The notes: generated by a model from the letters alone, not told the origin. Shown: positions 11,801 through 21,834, counted from the first letter of the stretch. The stretch: DNA of 64,000 nucleotides from Methanobacteriota archaeon (GCA_038141355.1 JAYQHX010000002.1:165073-229072), one strand, 5' to 3'. Numbers and translations: made by a program.

Positions 11801-12168
11801 TTACAATGTCAGAAGAGGAAAGATTCCTAGATTATGCCACAGTTAGAAACATGCTACACGATGCTAGAGACCGTCGTGGCTTTTTGACATACGAGCAAAA
11901 AGCGGCTCTTCAGCATGCAGAGTGGGCAGCAAGCGACCATAGAATCGGATATGTCACAGACCCTAATGTATTCAGTGACATGTTCAATGCAATTATGGAA
12001 ATCGAAACATTCCAGAAATACCCAGAACTGGCAGCAAAGTTGGCTGAAATTATGCCACTACATCCAGATGATGTACGCGCTGTAGTTGCCAGCAGAAGGA
12101 TTTCAATCGAAAACGATGAAGTCGAAGCAGTGTTGGTGATTGTGCGACAACATCTAGGCGTAGAATAA
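11797..12168 (+). CDS. rpoF: DNA-directed RNA polymerase subunit Rpo4/F
   Basis: 123 aa and helical. It occupies the conserved position between L21e and DUF655, and it overlaps L21e by 4 nt. Confidence 0.7.
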   Translation: MITMSEEERFLDYATVRNMLHDARDRRGFLTYEQKAALQHAEWAASDHRIGYVTDPNVFSDMFNAIMEIETFQKYPELAAKLAEIMPLHPDDVRAVVASRRISIENDEVEAVLVIVRQHLGVE

Positions 12169-12180
12169 AATTGACACACA

Positions 12181-12792
12181 GTGGTCTCCATGTATAATGA
12201 TCGTCACTCTGGTAATCGCAGGGGTAACCCACGAGCACCCCGGTCTGACCCATTGCTCTCTGTTGAATGGTGTAGAGTAATCGACCATCCGGCAGCAAAC
12301 GAAGCAATCGTTGTTGTGACTGAGCCTTCTCTCCATGTTATTCGCCTTAGTGCTAAACAAGGGTCAGGAATACAGATGGTTGGTTCAAGAATTTACATGG
12401 GCTCCGATATTTCTCAGAGGGATGTAGTTCAGGATATTCTTGGATTTGCAAGAATTAGAGATTTATCTAACGCATCAAATCAGGAGATGCCACTCGTAAT
12501 TCAACAAATCATAGAAGAATCTCCTTCAGTATTCATCGACCAATTCTTCAACAGAGCTGGAAACCTTTCTTTGAAGATGCATGCATTTGAATTACTTCCT
12601 GGAATTGGAAATAAGAAAGCCATGGAAATGGTTGCGAAGAGAGGACGTTCTGGGTGGGAAAATTTCTCCCAATTAGACGAGGATTGTGGAATAAACTCCG
12701 CTGAATTGTTAGCGAAGAGATTTGTTTCAGAAATCGAAGACAGAAATCTTCAACCAAGTTTGATCGATTTACTCCTAAGAAAGGAGGACTGA
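12181..12792 (+). CDS. DUF655 protein (OB-fold plus helix-hairpin-helix, putative RNA/nucleotide binding)
   Basis: The FELLPGIGNKKAMEMV HhH motif and the overall layout match the DUF655 family. The L21e-RpoF-DUF655-KsgA synteny is conserved. Confidence 0.7.
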   Translation: MVSMYNDRHSGNRRGNPRAPRSDPLLSVEWCRVIDHPAANEAIVVVTEPSLHVIRLSAKQGSGIQMVGSRIYMGSDISQRDVVQDILGFARIRDLSNASNQEMPLVIQQIIEESPSVFIDQFFNRAGNLSLKMHAFELLPGIGNKKAMEMVAKRGRSGWENFSQLDEDCGINSAELLAKRFVSEIEDRNLQPSLIDLLLRKED

Positions 12793-12817
12793 TACAATTG
12801 CAAGTCGTACCCGACAA

Positions 12818-13195
12818 TTGATTGATAATCTTCGAGCGAGACAGTCTAATGACAAATCGCTTGGTCAGCATTTTCTCAACAACGATGAGGTTCTTGACCG
12901 AATTATTGAGTTAGCAGAAATAACTCCTCAAGATGTAATACTTGAAATAGGTCCGGGACCAGGTGTATTAACGGATAGGTTGCTTCAAGAAAATAAACAA
13001 TTGACTTGTATCGAATTAGATGCAGGTGTTTGTGAGTTTTTGCGAGATACTTTTCCCAATCTAGATTTACAGGAAGAAGATGCTTTGGAATCGAATTGGA
13101 TTAATGCTACCAAGTTCATTTCCAATTTGCCATATCAGATTTCATCTCCGATTATTGAGAAAATCACACAAAAAAATCGATTGATTATGCAGTAA
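12818..13195 (+). CDS. ksgA: 16S rRNA (adenine-N6,N6)-dimethyltransferase KsgA/Dim1, N-terminal fragment (frameshifted)
   Basis: LGQHFL, the SAM motif ILEIGPGPGVLT, and NLPYQISSPII. The frame is lost in an A7 run at 13170-13176. Confidence 0.85.
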   Translation: MIDNLRARQSNDKSLGQHFLNNDEVLDRIIELAEITPQDVILEIGPGPGVLTDRLLQENKQLTCIELDAGVCEFLRDTFPNLDLQEEDALESNWINATKFISNLPYQISSPIIEKITQKNRLIMQ

Positions 13196-13200
13196 TTCTT

Positions 13201-13629
13201 GTGCAAGAAGAATTCGCTCAACGCCTTGTAGTAGAATTGTCCAGCGACCGAGGAAGTTTAGGAATGTGCACAAAACTCGACTGGGAATGTTCAATGGATA
13301 TTCGGGTAGCACCGAATTGCTTCACACCCTCTCCACAAGTTAATTCCCGATTGGTCACAATGCGAAGGCGCGACCCACCTGAGAACTCCAAACTGACAAA
13401 ATTACTCATCCGTCAAGCATTCGGCGAGCGAAGGAAAAAATTACGAAACACACTTTCCCGTGCGCCAAAAAGAATCTCTAGAATTAAAGGATGGCACTCA
13501 TCAAATTATAAAACTGCTATTCAGTCTATCGATTTCCAGAAATTTTCAGAAAGGCCAGAGGACTTAGAAATTGAAGATTGGTTGGAATTATCACGACTTT
13601 TGGAGGAGTCTAGAAGAGCGATGGGTTGA
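13201..13629 (+). CDS. ksgA: KsgA/Dim1, C-terminal fragment (frameshifted)
   Basis: This frame opens at 13159 and reads …KKSIDYAVILVQEEFAQRL…FTPSPQVNS, the expected continuation of KsgA. Confidence 0.85.
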   Translation: MQEEFAQRLVVELSSDRGSLGMCTKLDWECSMDIRVAPNCFTPSPQVNSRLVTMRRRDPPENSKLTKLLIRQAFGERRKKLRNTLSRAPKRISRIKGWHSSNYKTAIQSIDFQKFSERPEDLEIEDWLELSRLLEESRRAMG

Positions 13630-13671
13630 CATTCAACCGCCCGCTCGGCTCGTTCCGTCGGAGGGGTGTAA

Positions 13672-14760
13672 ATGGCAAAGAAGGATACATATTTGGCATT
13701 ATTACGCCGTGGAATTGATGAAACCACGGCAATGCAGTTAGCTGACGCTGGGATCAAAATAGGCGATTTGAAAAGAATCGATAAATCCCAACTTGTTGAA
13801 AACTATGGATTAAAGCCGGATATTGCAGATGGTGTAATCGAAATAATCTCAGCAGGACCACAATCTCATGGAAAAGAAAGATTCCTTTCAAAGGTTCTTG
13901 CTCCTGAAAGAAAAGTCGAGAGCAAAATAGAGGAATTGAAATTCAAGAGGAAGCAAAAGGATGTTTTAACCGAATTAGCGGAACAAAAAGAACGTTTGAA
14001 AGTAGCAAAGGTTGAAGCTTTTAGAAGTAAAAAACTGGTCATGAACAGGCTAGGAAAGACCATCGAATTAATCGTTAAATTAGAAAACAATCTTCACGAT
14101 GAAGGCAAAGACGACCAAAAGGTGAAGATTCGTGACCAACTAGAAACTAGAGGATTAGAAGCTGCTAGAGACCACGAAATGCTTGATTTAGAAGGAACTC
14201 CTCAAGATATTGTTGATTTCAGGAGAAAAATAGTTCCTGTTTTGATTCTACATGCATGTCCTGAATGCGAGGAAGAACTCGACCCTAGGTCGAGCAGAAA
14301 TCCAGACGATTCTGAAAACTGGTCTTTGATTTGCTGGGAATGTGAAACAATCTTTGAATCAGGACTTGCTTCTATCGTCGATGGAATATTAGAAAACGGC
14401 GGCAGGGTGGTAATTGATCCTGATGCAAGGCCAAGAAGTCCAGTTCCTCCTAAGCCTGCGTCTCAAGACTTCGCAACAATCAATCAACTGGTTAAGGATG
14501 AGTTGGAAAAGACTGGAGCAGATGCGGATACAATGACAGAAGCAGCTGAGCAATCCTCGCTATCAAGCGGTTTGATGAGCATCAATGATTGGATCGACCA
14601 GACCCTGGCTGTCAAAGGATACATCCAGGCTCAAGAGGACAGAGAAGATTTCATTCTCAGAACCGGAGCAGGTGCTACGAAGTTCAACAAGTGGATGAAG
14701 AAGGCAGGATTATACTTCAACAAGCAGACCGGTAGATGGTCCCGTTGGGAAGATAGATGA
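13672..14760 (+). CDS. hypothetical protein (N-terminal HhH-like, coiled coil, CxxC…CxxC ribbon)
   Basis: 362 aa. GIDETTAMQLADAGIKIGDL is an HhH-like motif, followed by a Lys/Glu-rich coiled coil and CPECEEEL…CWECE. The SD-like GGAGGGGTG lies upstream. The family was not recognised. Confidence 0.5.
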   Translation: MAKKDTYLALLRRGIDETTAMQLADAGIKIGDLKRIDKSQLVENYGLKPDIADGVIEIISAGPQSHGKERFLSKVLAPERKVESKIEELKFKRKQKDVLTELAEQKERLKVAKVEAFRSKKLVMNRLGKTIELIVKLENNLHDEGKDDQKVKIRDQLETRGLEAARDHEMLDLEGTPQDIVDFRRKIVPVLILHACPECEEELDPRSSRNPDDSENWSLICWECETIFESGLASIVDGILENGGRVVIDPDARPRSPVPPKPASQDFATINQLVKDELEKTGADADTMTEAAEQSSLSSGLMSINDWIDQTLAVKGYIQAQEDREDFILRTGAGATKFNKWMKKAGLYFNKQTGRWSRWEDR

Positions 14761-14769
14761 GGTGCCTCA

Positions 14770-15057
14770 ATGGGGCTAATTCGATTTCTTCGAGGCTCCA
14801 AATTACTTGGCCAAGTAAAAGAAATCCCAGGTAAAACATTGGTAGAGCATGCCTATGCTGCTAATGTCGATATTCCAACAAATTGTACTAGCGGTAATTG
14901 TGGCTCTTGCATGGTCACGTTGATTTCAGGTGAAGTCAGTATACCAGACCCTTTGACTCCTGGTCTAGATGAAGAAATAATTCTCGATGGGGCGAGGCTT
15001 GGTTGTATTGGCATTCCTTCGGGAGATGTAGATATCGAAATCCTTCCTCCAATCTGA
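14770..15057 (+). CDS. 2Fe-2S ferredoxin (plant-type fold)
   Basis: 95 aa. The CTSGNCGSC (C-x4-C-x2-C) motif plus the distal LGCIG Cys. Confidence 0.7.
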   Translation: MGLIRFLRGSKLLGQVKEIPGKTLVEHAYAANVDIPTNCTSGNCGSCMVTLISGEVSIPDPLTPGLDEEIILDGARLGCIGIPSGDVDIEILPPI

Positions 15058-15252
15058 GGTGATAAAGTGAGTATTCCAATTTGGGTTTGGGCACTGAATA
15101 TTATCGGTGTTTTTACAGCATCATGGTTTCTTTACTCAAGATTGAAAGCCAAATTATCTGAAGTCGAGGAAAGACATGTGGTAAGTGGTATTCGTAGAAG
15201 GAATCGCCTCCAAGAATCTGAGTAGTTAACAAAAGCAATATTAGGATATGAT

Positions 15253-16251
15253 TTGGGAAATAACATGGCCGAGTATCGACTACAAACTACTAGCAACGGC
15301 TCAATATCTTCTGAAGAATACAGTCTCGAAACACTTCTTGATTTTACAAAAGACAAGGGTTATGCTTGGTTTGATGTACTCAAACCAGATGATGAAGTAA
15401 AAGCATGGTTAGAAGGTATGACTGTTGATGAATTAGCTATCGAGGATATTTTTGGTCATGCCAACAACATAGTACAGAAATTCGACAATCATCGATTCGT
15501 GATTGTTAGGGCTAGAGACGCAGACAATAGGTTGGATACTGAACCCATTGCAATCTTAATGAAAGAGAATCTGATAATAACATTTAGAGGAACTAGAATC
15601 CCTGCATTAGATGTGTTCAGTAGAAGATTAAAAACCGCAGATCCAGAAGATATTGAAATTGGTTTAGATTTCATGCTCTATGAAATATTGGATTCCATAG
15701 CTGACGATTGGACTCCAATTCTATCAGAATACTCAAACAGGTTGGATGACCTTGAGTACCAGGTTTTTGACCCAAATAAATCATATGAAGGCCTTCTTGA
15801 AGGCTTACATGACCTCAAAAGATTACTCAGAGAAGCAATGAAATCTATTGAATCCTTACAATCTGCATGTATTAGATTATTGAAACCAGGAGAGAGACTA
15901 ATCAATGAATTAGCCTTACCTTATTTTACCGATTTAAATCAATTATCAAATGGGCTTGTCAAGAGATGTGCATCTTATTCTGCTGGTGCAACAAGCACAC
16001 GAGACACATATTTGTCTCATGTTAGCATGAATTTAGCGTTGTCAAATGCGAAATTGACTGAGGTTATGACGACTTTAACTATTATCGGAGCGATAATGCT
16101 GCCATTAACTTTGATAGCAGGAATCTTTGGAATGAATACTGCCTTGCCAGCAGAGTTGGATAGGATTGGTGGATTTTGGACAATCGTTTTTTCGATGTCG
16201 TTATTCACGGCAATAATGCTGATTTGGTTCAAGAAGAAAAGGTGGATTTGA
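15253..16251 (+). CDS. corA: magnesium/cobalt transporter CorA
   Basis: 332 aa with a cytoplasmic funnel domain and two C-terminal TM helices carrying the GMN motif (GIFGMNT). Confidence 0.9.
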   Translation: MGNNMAEYRLQTTSNGSISSEEYSLETLLDFTKDKGYAWFDVLKPDDEVKAWLEGMTVDELAIEDIFGHANNIVQKFDNHRFVIVRARDADNRLDTEPIAILMKENLIITFRGTRIPALDVFSRRLKTADPEDIEIGLDFMLYEILDSIADDWTPILSEYSNRLDDLEYQVFDPNKSYEGLLEGLHDLKRLLREAMKSIESLQSACIRLLKPGERLINELALPYFTDLNQLSNGLVKRCASYSAGATSTRDTYLSHVSMNLALSNAKLTEVMTTLTIIGAIMLPLTLIAGIFGMNTALPAELDRIGGFWTIVFSMSLFTAIMLIWFKKKRWI

Positions 16252-16252
16252 C

Positions 16253-19200
16253 TTATTCTTCTTGTAATGGGCGAGATTCCAATTTATTCACTGCACCTAG
16301 TGCAGCGGTTGAAATTACCATTGAAGCGATTAATGATAGCAAAATCATCATCGCTGAAAACAATCCAAAGGTATTGAACAGACCCATAGAGGATGTTGCA
16401 ATAATCGAGAATCCTGCGATATCTGAAACTGCTGAGCCAATCAATGCCAAAGCGCAAGCACCCCCAACTCCATGTAAGGCTTGAACGTGGTTAGCACCCT
16501 TTTCCTTTTCTTCTCTATACCTCTCAGTGACGTGAATACAATAATCGATACCAACTCCAAGAGAAATAGTAGCAATCGTGACTGTCACAATATTCAATGA
16601 ATATCCGAGCGCATAAATTAGTCCGTATAGCCAAACGACAACGAGTAAAATTGGTGCTAAAGAGACCAACGCTTGTTTCACTGACCTGAAGCCAATTGAT
16701 AGAGTTGCTAACACGAATAGTGATCCCAGTAATAGCGAAGATTGCATTTCAGATTGCATTTTATCGCTGGCTACGAATCTTGTCACAGGTCTGCCCGTTA
16801 GCATTACCCAATTGAGCGGTTTATCCTCTTCTTCTTCACCAGGCTCTTCCCAAGTGCCTGTTGAAAGATTCATGAAAGGTGCTAAGTCACGTTTTATTTC
16901 TTCAATACCAGGTCCCATTGTAGGGAAGTGTTGCGGTGAAGTCAAGCCAAATCTGATAATCATCTGGTCGTATGTTATTGGCTCACCATCTACGCTGAGC
17001 CACACTTTTTCTGGGTCCAATTCAGCACTAGGTGCGATGTACAAATCGATTAGAGAAGATGGTACCTCGGTTCCTGGAATTCCATCCAAGGTCAAAACTC
17101 CGTAAAAGAAAATGATACAATCCTTATCTTGAAGGTCAGGTGCATTCAACATTCCATATCTGTCACATCCAGATTCATTGAATCCTCTTTCCCAGAATGG
17201 GGCAGGCTGATTCATAAAAGACGCAGAGGCGGCCTGAACGAATTCATCGACAGCTAAAATATCGACATTTCCGTCAGGAGTTCTAGACATTTTGTCAACA
17301 ACACCTTCAGTTTTCAGATTAGCATTTTGTCTAAACTCATTTATCGCATGGAATACAGATGGTTCTGCCACATCACCCTCAATCAAGAGCATTGCAGGCT
17401 CTCCTTCATCGGAGAATCTTTCGGTTACCATTGCAACTCCATATGCAAAATCAGAATCCGCCTCCAAGAAATCTTCAACGGCGAAATCACCCTCAAGATT
17501 GACCATTCCCCAAGCGGCAGGTATAGTAAGCAATAAGCAGATTATCCCGATGTAAAGGGGCCTTTTCCCTGTACCTGAACTGACGGCTATATTCCTTAGC
17601 ATATCTTCTTTCAGAATTCGGTTGTGAGATTCTGGTCCCGTTGGTTTTCCTTTTTTCTCTAGCCATTCATCGAATGAAACTCGAATTAGAGGTGCCCAAA
17701 TTCCAGTTAGTACAAGCGCAGAAAACACTCCTAGAGCTGCTTCGATTCCAAACGAACGCAATGCTGCTACATCACTAAACAAGTTTGCAGCAAATGCTGC
17801 CATTGTTGTGATGCTTGTTAGGAAAATTGCTTTTCCTACTCTTGAAACTGTGACTTTTCCAGAATCTTCTGGAGTATTTCCTTTTCCTCTTTCCTCCTTG
17901 TATCTATGTAAGGCGTGTAATGAATCGTCTATTCCCAAGGCTAGTACTAAAATCGGCAACAGATTAGAAAATTGTGACCTAGAAATAATATCGATGCCCA
18001 ACCATGCAAATAGGGATGCTGCATGCCCGATTAAGCCCTGCATCCATAGTAATGCTCCTCCTAGACAGATAGATACAATGGCGACATCTGACCATCTTCT
18101 GAGGGATGCATACAACAGCACTACGATTACAATACCCATTCCCAAAACTAATCCTGCAGAATTTTGTAATTCTCTGTTGACTTCAACGTTAACAGCCTGG
18201 CCAACTATTAGAGTGACTGAATTGTTGTCATAACTCCTTATCAAACCTTCAAGGTTCATTATCGACCATTCCAAAGAGCACGGGTTTTCTAATGATTTAC
18301 AGTATTCTTCGGTGTAATTTGGTGGATTCATTATCAGTTCAGTACCACTCAATCTATATCCGCCGATAACAAATCCATCCTCGGTGAAAGAGACCTTTTT
18401 CTCCGAATGTGCATCTTTCCATGCGATTGTCCAACCGGCTTCTTCTAGGCTTGCCTTGTCTAATTGGACTAGAAGCCATGAAGCAGAAGCAGACCATCTT
18501 CCCGGACCAGGTCTTGCATTCTTCCAAGATCCATCCTCTTGTAATTCACCACCAATAGGCCCTCCGACAATTCCGGCATTTCCCTCAGCCCCTACGAATC
18601 CTCTGTCTAAAGAAAGCCACCTCAAGAAATCCGAACCGTTGGTCATTGCCATTCTATTTGCAGCCAAGTCGATGTGCGCCTGAGTTAGATTTTCATCATC
18701 AAAGGTTAGACATTCTAGAGCACCACAATCATACCAATTAGTGACAGGCGGCTCCATGCCAGCAAGGGTCATTCGTGGTTTTGTTAGCACGGATTCATTT
18801 GCCATGAAACCACGGAAAATATCCACTAAACTCATCACTCCTCCAGTTTGTAATTCTGTAACATCATTGATGAACGGCTTAGTATAATTACCAAGAGGAT
18901 GATTCAAAATCAGGTCGTGCTTGTGGTCGATTTCCCTTAGAATTGTCAGGTTCAAAATTCCGCCGTCAACATCGGTAATTCCTTCCCATTCACTAGAGTA
19001 AGGAACAATTTCAGACGTTTTTGGGAACTTAGAGTAATCTGGTATTCCATCACTCAATGTTGGAATAGGAACGGGTGTAGAACCAACAAAGTCAGGGTCT
19101 CTGACGCTCACGACAAATCCAAGAATGATTTCAGTTGTCGAGAATTCTTCGCTGATCTTTCTTTCAGCAGTTAACTCTGGAGATTCCATATCATAGGATT

Positions 19201-19333
19201 CCATATCAATTGGTTCCAGTGCTTTGAGAGCACCTGGGACCATCAAAATTGTGAGTATGACAACGGCGATGTGCAATTGTTTTTTTCTATTTACTAATGT
19301 GTCAGCAATAATTCCTTTCGCTGACATATCCAC
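16253..19333 (-). CDS. MMPL/RND-superfamily exporter
   Basis: 1026 aa. Two 5-6-helix membrane bundles follow large extracytoplasmic domains. SSD-type motifs are LALGIDDSLHALHRY and SLGVGIDYCIHVTERY. Confidence 0.8.
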   Translation of the reverse strand: MDMSAKGIIADTLVNRKKQLHIAVVILTILMVPGALKALEPIDMESYDMESPELTAERKISEEFSTTEIILGFVVSVRDPDFVGSTPVPIPTLSDGIPDYSKFPKTSEIVPYSSEWEGITDVDGGILNLTILREIDHKHDLILNHPLGNYTKPFINDVTELQTGGVMSLVDIFRGFMANESVLTKPRMTLAGMEPPVTNWYDCGALECLTFDDENLTQAHIDLAANRMAMTNGSDFLRWLSLDRGFVGAEGNAGIVGGPIGGELQEDGSWKNARPGPGRWSASASWLLVQLDKASLEEAGWTIAWKDAHSEKKVSFTEDGFVIGGYRLSGTELIMNPPNYTEEYCKSLENPCSLEWSIMNLEGLIRSYDNNSVTLIVGQAVNVEVNRELQNSAGLVLGMGIVIVVLLYASLRRWSDVAIVSICLGGALLWMQGLIGHAASLFAWLGIDIISRSQFSNLLPILVLALGIDDSLHALHRYKEERGKGNTPEDSGKVTVSRVGKAIFLTSITTMAAFAANLFSDVAALRSFGIEAALGVFSALVLTGIWAPLIRVSFDEWLEKKGKPTGPESHNRILKEDMLRNIAVSSGTGKRPLYIGIICLLLTIPAAWGMVNLEGDFAVEDFLEADSDFAYGVAMVTERFSDEGEPAMLLIEGDVAEPSVFHAINEFRQNANLKTEGVVDKMSRTPDGNVDILAVDEFVQAASASFMNQPAPFWERGFNESGCDRYGMLNAPDLQDKDCIIFFYGVLTLDGIPGTEVPSSLIDLYIAPSAELDPEKVWLSVDGEPITYDQMIIRFGLTSPQHFPTMGPGIEEIKRDLAPFMNLSTGTWEEPGEEEEDKPLNWVMLTGRPVTRFVASDKMQSEMQSSLLLGSLFVLATLSIGFRSVKQALVSLAPILLVVVWLYGLIYALGYSLNIVTVTIATISLGVGIDYCIHVTERYREEKEKGANHVQALHGVGGACALALIGSAVSDIAGFSIIATSSMGLFNTFGLFSAMMILLSLIASMVISTAALGAVNKLESRPLQEE

Positions 19334-19396
19334 CGCTTATTCTTCTCGTTATTGAACAGTTGTATTCATTTGTGAGAAGTGTCACGCCCATTTTGC

Positions 19397-19479
19397 GCGG
19401 GGGTCGCCCAGCTTGGTCAACGGCGGTGGGTTTAGGTCCCATTCCTTATTGGTTCGCAGGTTCGAATCCTGCCCCCGCA
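19397..19479 (+). tRNA. tRNA-Leu (anticodon UAG), class II with long variable arm
   Basis: Acceptor GCGGGGG/CCCCCGC, 3-bp D-stem, anticodon stem GTGGG/CCCAT, loop TTTAGGT, 13-nt variable arm and T-loop TTCGAAT. As read, the T-stem (GCAGG/CCTGC) and the acceptor stem compete for one C of the C5 run at 19472-19476. Confidence 0.85.
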
Positions 19480-19532
19480 TCTTCTCAGTCATGTGTTTAT
19501 AGTTGATTCACTAATCTGAAGTAGCCATTTTA

Positions 19533-20414
19533 TCACAGGCCTAATTCTCTTAGTGATTCGATTGCATCAGTTTGGAATTCATCTAGTTCTGTAATATCAG
19601 CAAGTACAAATTCAAGGTCAACATCCTTTATTCTCTGCCTATCTCCTAATTGAGAAAAGGGTGGGATTGTGATTTTACCCTTTACTCCCGAAGGGAGAGT
19701 TACTGTCACCTTTCCTCCAAGAATTAGCGTCGAATACGGAATTTCGACTTCTTTGACTACTCTATCGCCATCCCAATAACATCCTTCACCTGGGTCAACT
19801 TTGATCTTGACAATCAAGTCCCCATTGGTACCTTGGGGATGGCCGTGTCCTTGACCTGCAATTTTAATTTCTGTACCGTGTTTCGAATTTGGTTTTATAG
19901 TGACCTTGAGGGTTCTTCTTTTTTTGTCGATGCTTCCGTGAGTTCCTGGAATGAGTTGAGTATACGTGATATTGAATTGCCCTCCGTTTTCAGCCTCGGC
20001 TTTTGACAAATCTAGCCAAGATGTCGCATTCTGTCCCTTTTCCTGTTGAACAGGCCGCCCCTGCCGTTGTTGTTGTGGATTGCCAGCCATACTACTCCTT
20101 CCAAACATCTGAGAAAGGATTTCTTCCATTCCACCCATGCCTCCGAAACCACCGCCCATTCCTTGGAAGGGATTTCCACCGCTTCCGGAGAAACCTCCAA
20201 ACATTTGCTCTTGTTCAAATTTTCTCCTTGCTTCTGCGGTTCCAATGGCGTCATATGCTGCTTGAACTTCCTTGAATTTCGTTTCTGCAGCAGCAGACCC
20301 ATCGTTTCTATCAGGATGAAATTGTCTTGCTAGTTTCCTGTATGCTTTTTTTATTTCAGCATCGCTAGCGCCTCTCGACACACCAAGAACCTGATAAGGG
20401 TCTTTGCCCGCCAT
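19533..20414 (-). CDS. DnaJ-class chaperone without zinc finger (CbpA-like)
   Basis: J-domain DPYQVLGV…FHPDRN with the HPD motif, a G/F/M-rich linker and C-terminal DnaJ_C beta domains. There are no CxxCxGxG repeats. Confidence 0.85.
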   Translation of the reverse strand: MAGKDPYQVLGVSRGASDAEIKKAYRKLARQFHPDRNDGSAAAETKFKEVQAAYDAIGTAEARRKFEQEQMFGGFSGSGGNPFQGMGGGFGGMGGMEEILSQMFGRSSMAGNPQQQRQGRPVQQEKGQNATSWLDLSKAEAENGGQFNITYTQLIPGTHGSIDKKRRTLKVTIKPNSKHGTEIKIAGQGHGHPQGTNGDLIVKIKVDPGEGCYWDGDRVVKEVEIPYSTLILGGKVTVTLPSGVKGKITIPPFSQLGDRQRIKDVDLEFVLADITELDEFQTDAIESLRELGL

Positions 20415-20512
20415 GTGATTAACGACTCAGAAGTGTCATTTGAACCACTCGTTCACCTTCCAATATTGAGCCGTTTAGGTTAAAAGAGGGTCATAAGTCC
20501 GCTGAACACCTT

Positions 20513-20519
20513 GAGGTGA
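20513..20519 (+). promoter_or_regulatory. Shine-Dalgarno box GAGGTGA upstream of secE
   Basis: GAGGTGA lies 4 nt before the ATG at 20524. The same heptamer precedes the L10/P0 start (22816-22822), the P1 start (23856-23862) and the L11 start (21828-21834). Confidence 0.5.
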
Positions 20520-20523
20520 AACC

Positions 20524-20790
20524 ATGTCGGATGAAAATGAACAAACCCGAACTTTTGAGGACGTAGTCCAAGAAAAGCAGGATGCTATAGAAGCACAGTT
20601 CCGAAAGATATCCAGAGGAAGCTGGGCAAGAATTATTCGAATGGCTAGAAAGCCTACTCCTCAAGAATTCAAGCAAACATCGATCATATGTGGTATCGGA
20701 TTGTTTGTGTTAGGTTTTATTGGATTTGTAATGTTGGTTGTCATGGACAATTTCATTCCATGGATCATTCATGATGTCTTCGGCATCTAA
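20524..20790 (+). CDS. secE: protein translocase subunit SecE/Sec61-gamma
   Basis: 88 aa. RKPTPQEFKQ precedes a single C-terminal TM helix, and the gene sits in the conserved position upstream of spt5. Confidence 0.75.
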   Translation: MSDENEQTRTFEDVVQEKQDAIEAQFRKISRGSWARIIRMARKPTPQEFKQTSIICGIGLFVLGFIGFVMLVVMDNFIPWIIHDVFGI

Positions 20791-20807
20791 TAATTGGGGG
20801 AATAATA

Positions 20808-21722
20808 ATGACAGACGCTTTTATCGCATTTGTACGCCACGAAGAAGAACTATTACTGCTCAAAAGGTCAGACTCAGATTCAGATTCTCCAGCCCTATGG
20901 GATGGAGTATTTGGAATCGGCAACGAGGAAGGGGATGTTCTCAACAGAGTTTCTGAATGTACTGGAATTCCTGTAGAAGACCTTGAGTATGTAAGAAATG
21001 GACCTGCTATCGGTATCGACATGGGTAATAGGCTCCAAGATATCGAGCCATGTTTGGTAGTCTCTACAAGCAAAGAAGTCACACCATCTGGCAGATACGT
21101 AGAACACACTTGGGTTGACCCTGGTGAAATCCAAAACTTCAACTGTGTCTTCGCAGATTTAGATTTCGAAAACAGCGAAAAATTGTTCAGAGAAATGTAC
21201 GGCTCTGTAGGTGCTTACCTTTTCATCGTAAAAACTGCGATTGGTTCTGAAAAGAGAGTCGCTGATGAAATGCAAGCAAGACTAATGGGGTCAGGTTCTC
21301 TGTCAAGAATCGCTGATGATATCTTTGCAATTCTTCATCCAACAGGTATGAGAGGATACGTGATGGTTGAATCTAATGCTCTGCACCATGTCGAGAAGTT
21401 GATTGGAAGATCTGGTGGAAGAGACCCAAGCGCAAGAAGAGGTCTAAATCAAACACCATTGAAGAATGCAAAAAATGTGCTTCCTGGTGAAGCACCTCTC
21501 AAAGATATACTACCTTACTTGGAGCCAAAGGCTGTTACCAGTGGTATCGAAGTTGGATGTATTGTTGAAATCGTCACTGGCGCATTCAAGGGTGAAAAGG
21601 CTCGTGTCACACTCGTTTCTGACACTAAGGAAGAAGTTAGCATGGAGTTATATGACCAACCAATTCCAATGACATTGAAGATGCGTGGAGACCACGTCAG
21701 AGTTCTTGAGAGAGTTGAATAA
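20808..21722 (+). CDS. spt5: transcription elongation factor Spt5 (NusG) with ~135-aa N-terminal Nudix-like extension
   Basis: The C-terminal ~165 aa contain NGN (YLFIVKTAIGSEKRVADEM…GYVMVE) and KOW (GCIVEIVTGAFKGEKARV) domains. The N-terminal part is in the same uninterrupted frame and resembles a degenerate Nudix fold. Confidence 0.8.
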   Translation: MTDAFIAFVRHEEELLLLKRSDSDSDSPALWDGVFGIGNEEGDVLNRVSECTGIPVEDLEYVRNGPAIGIDMGNRLQDIEPCLVVSTSKEVTPSGRYVEHTWVDPGEIQNFNCVFADLDFENSEKLFREMYGSVGAYLFIVKTAIGSEKRVADEMQARLMGSGSLSRIADDIFAILHPTGMRGYVMVESNALHHVEKLIGRSGGRDPSARRGLNQTPLKNAKNVLPGEAPLKDILPYLEPKAVTSGIEVGCIVEIVTGAFKGEKARVTLVSDTKEEVSMELYDQPIPMTLKMRGDHVRVLERVE

Positions 21723-21834
21723 TCAAATTGTTGAGGTGAGATGCTCCTAAAAATCGTACCAGATTACACACGGTCGCGATTAAATAGGGGTGGCAAGTCG
21801 GCAACATGCTCACGTCCGTGAGATTCAGAGGTGA

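Noticed and set aside
16176-16484. 102-aa + strand ORF bridging the corA end and the exporter gene
   Set aside because: It overlaps the 3' ends of two confidently assigned genes and is antisense to the TM region of the exporter.
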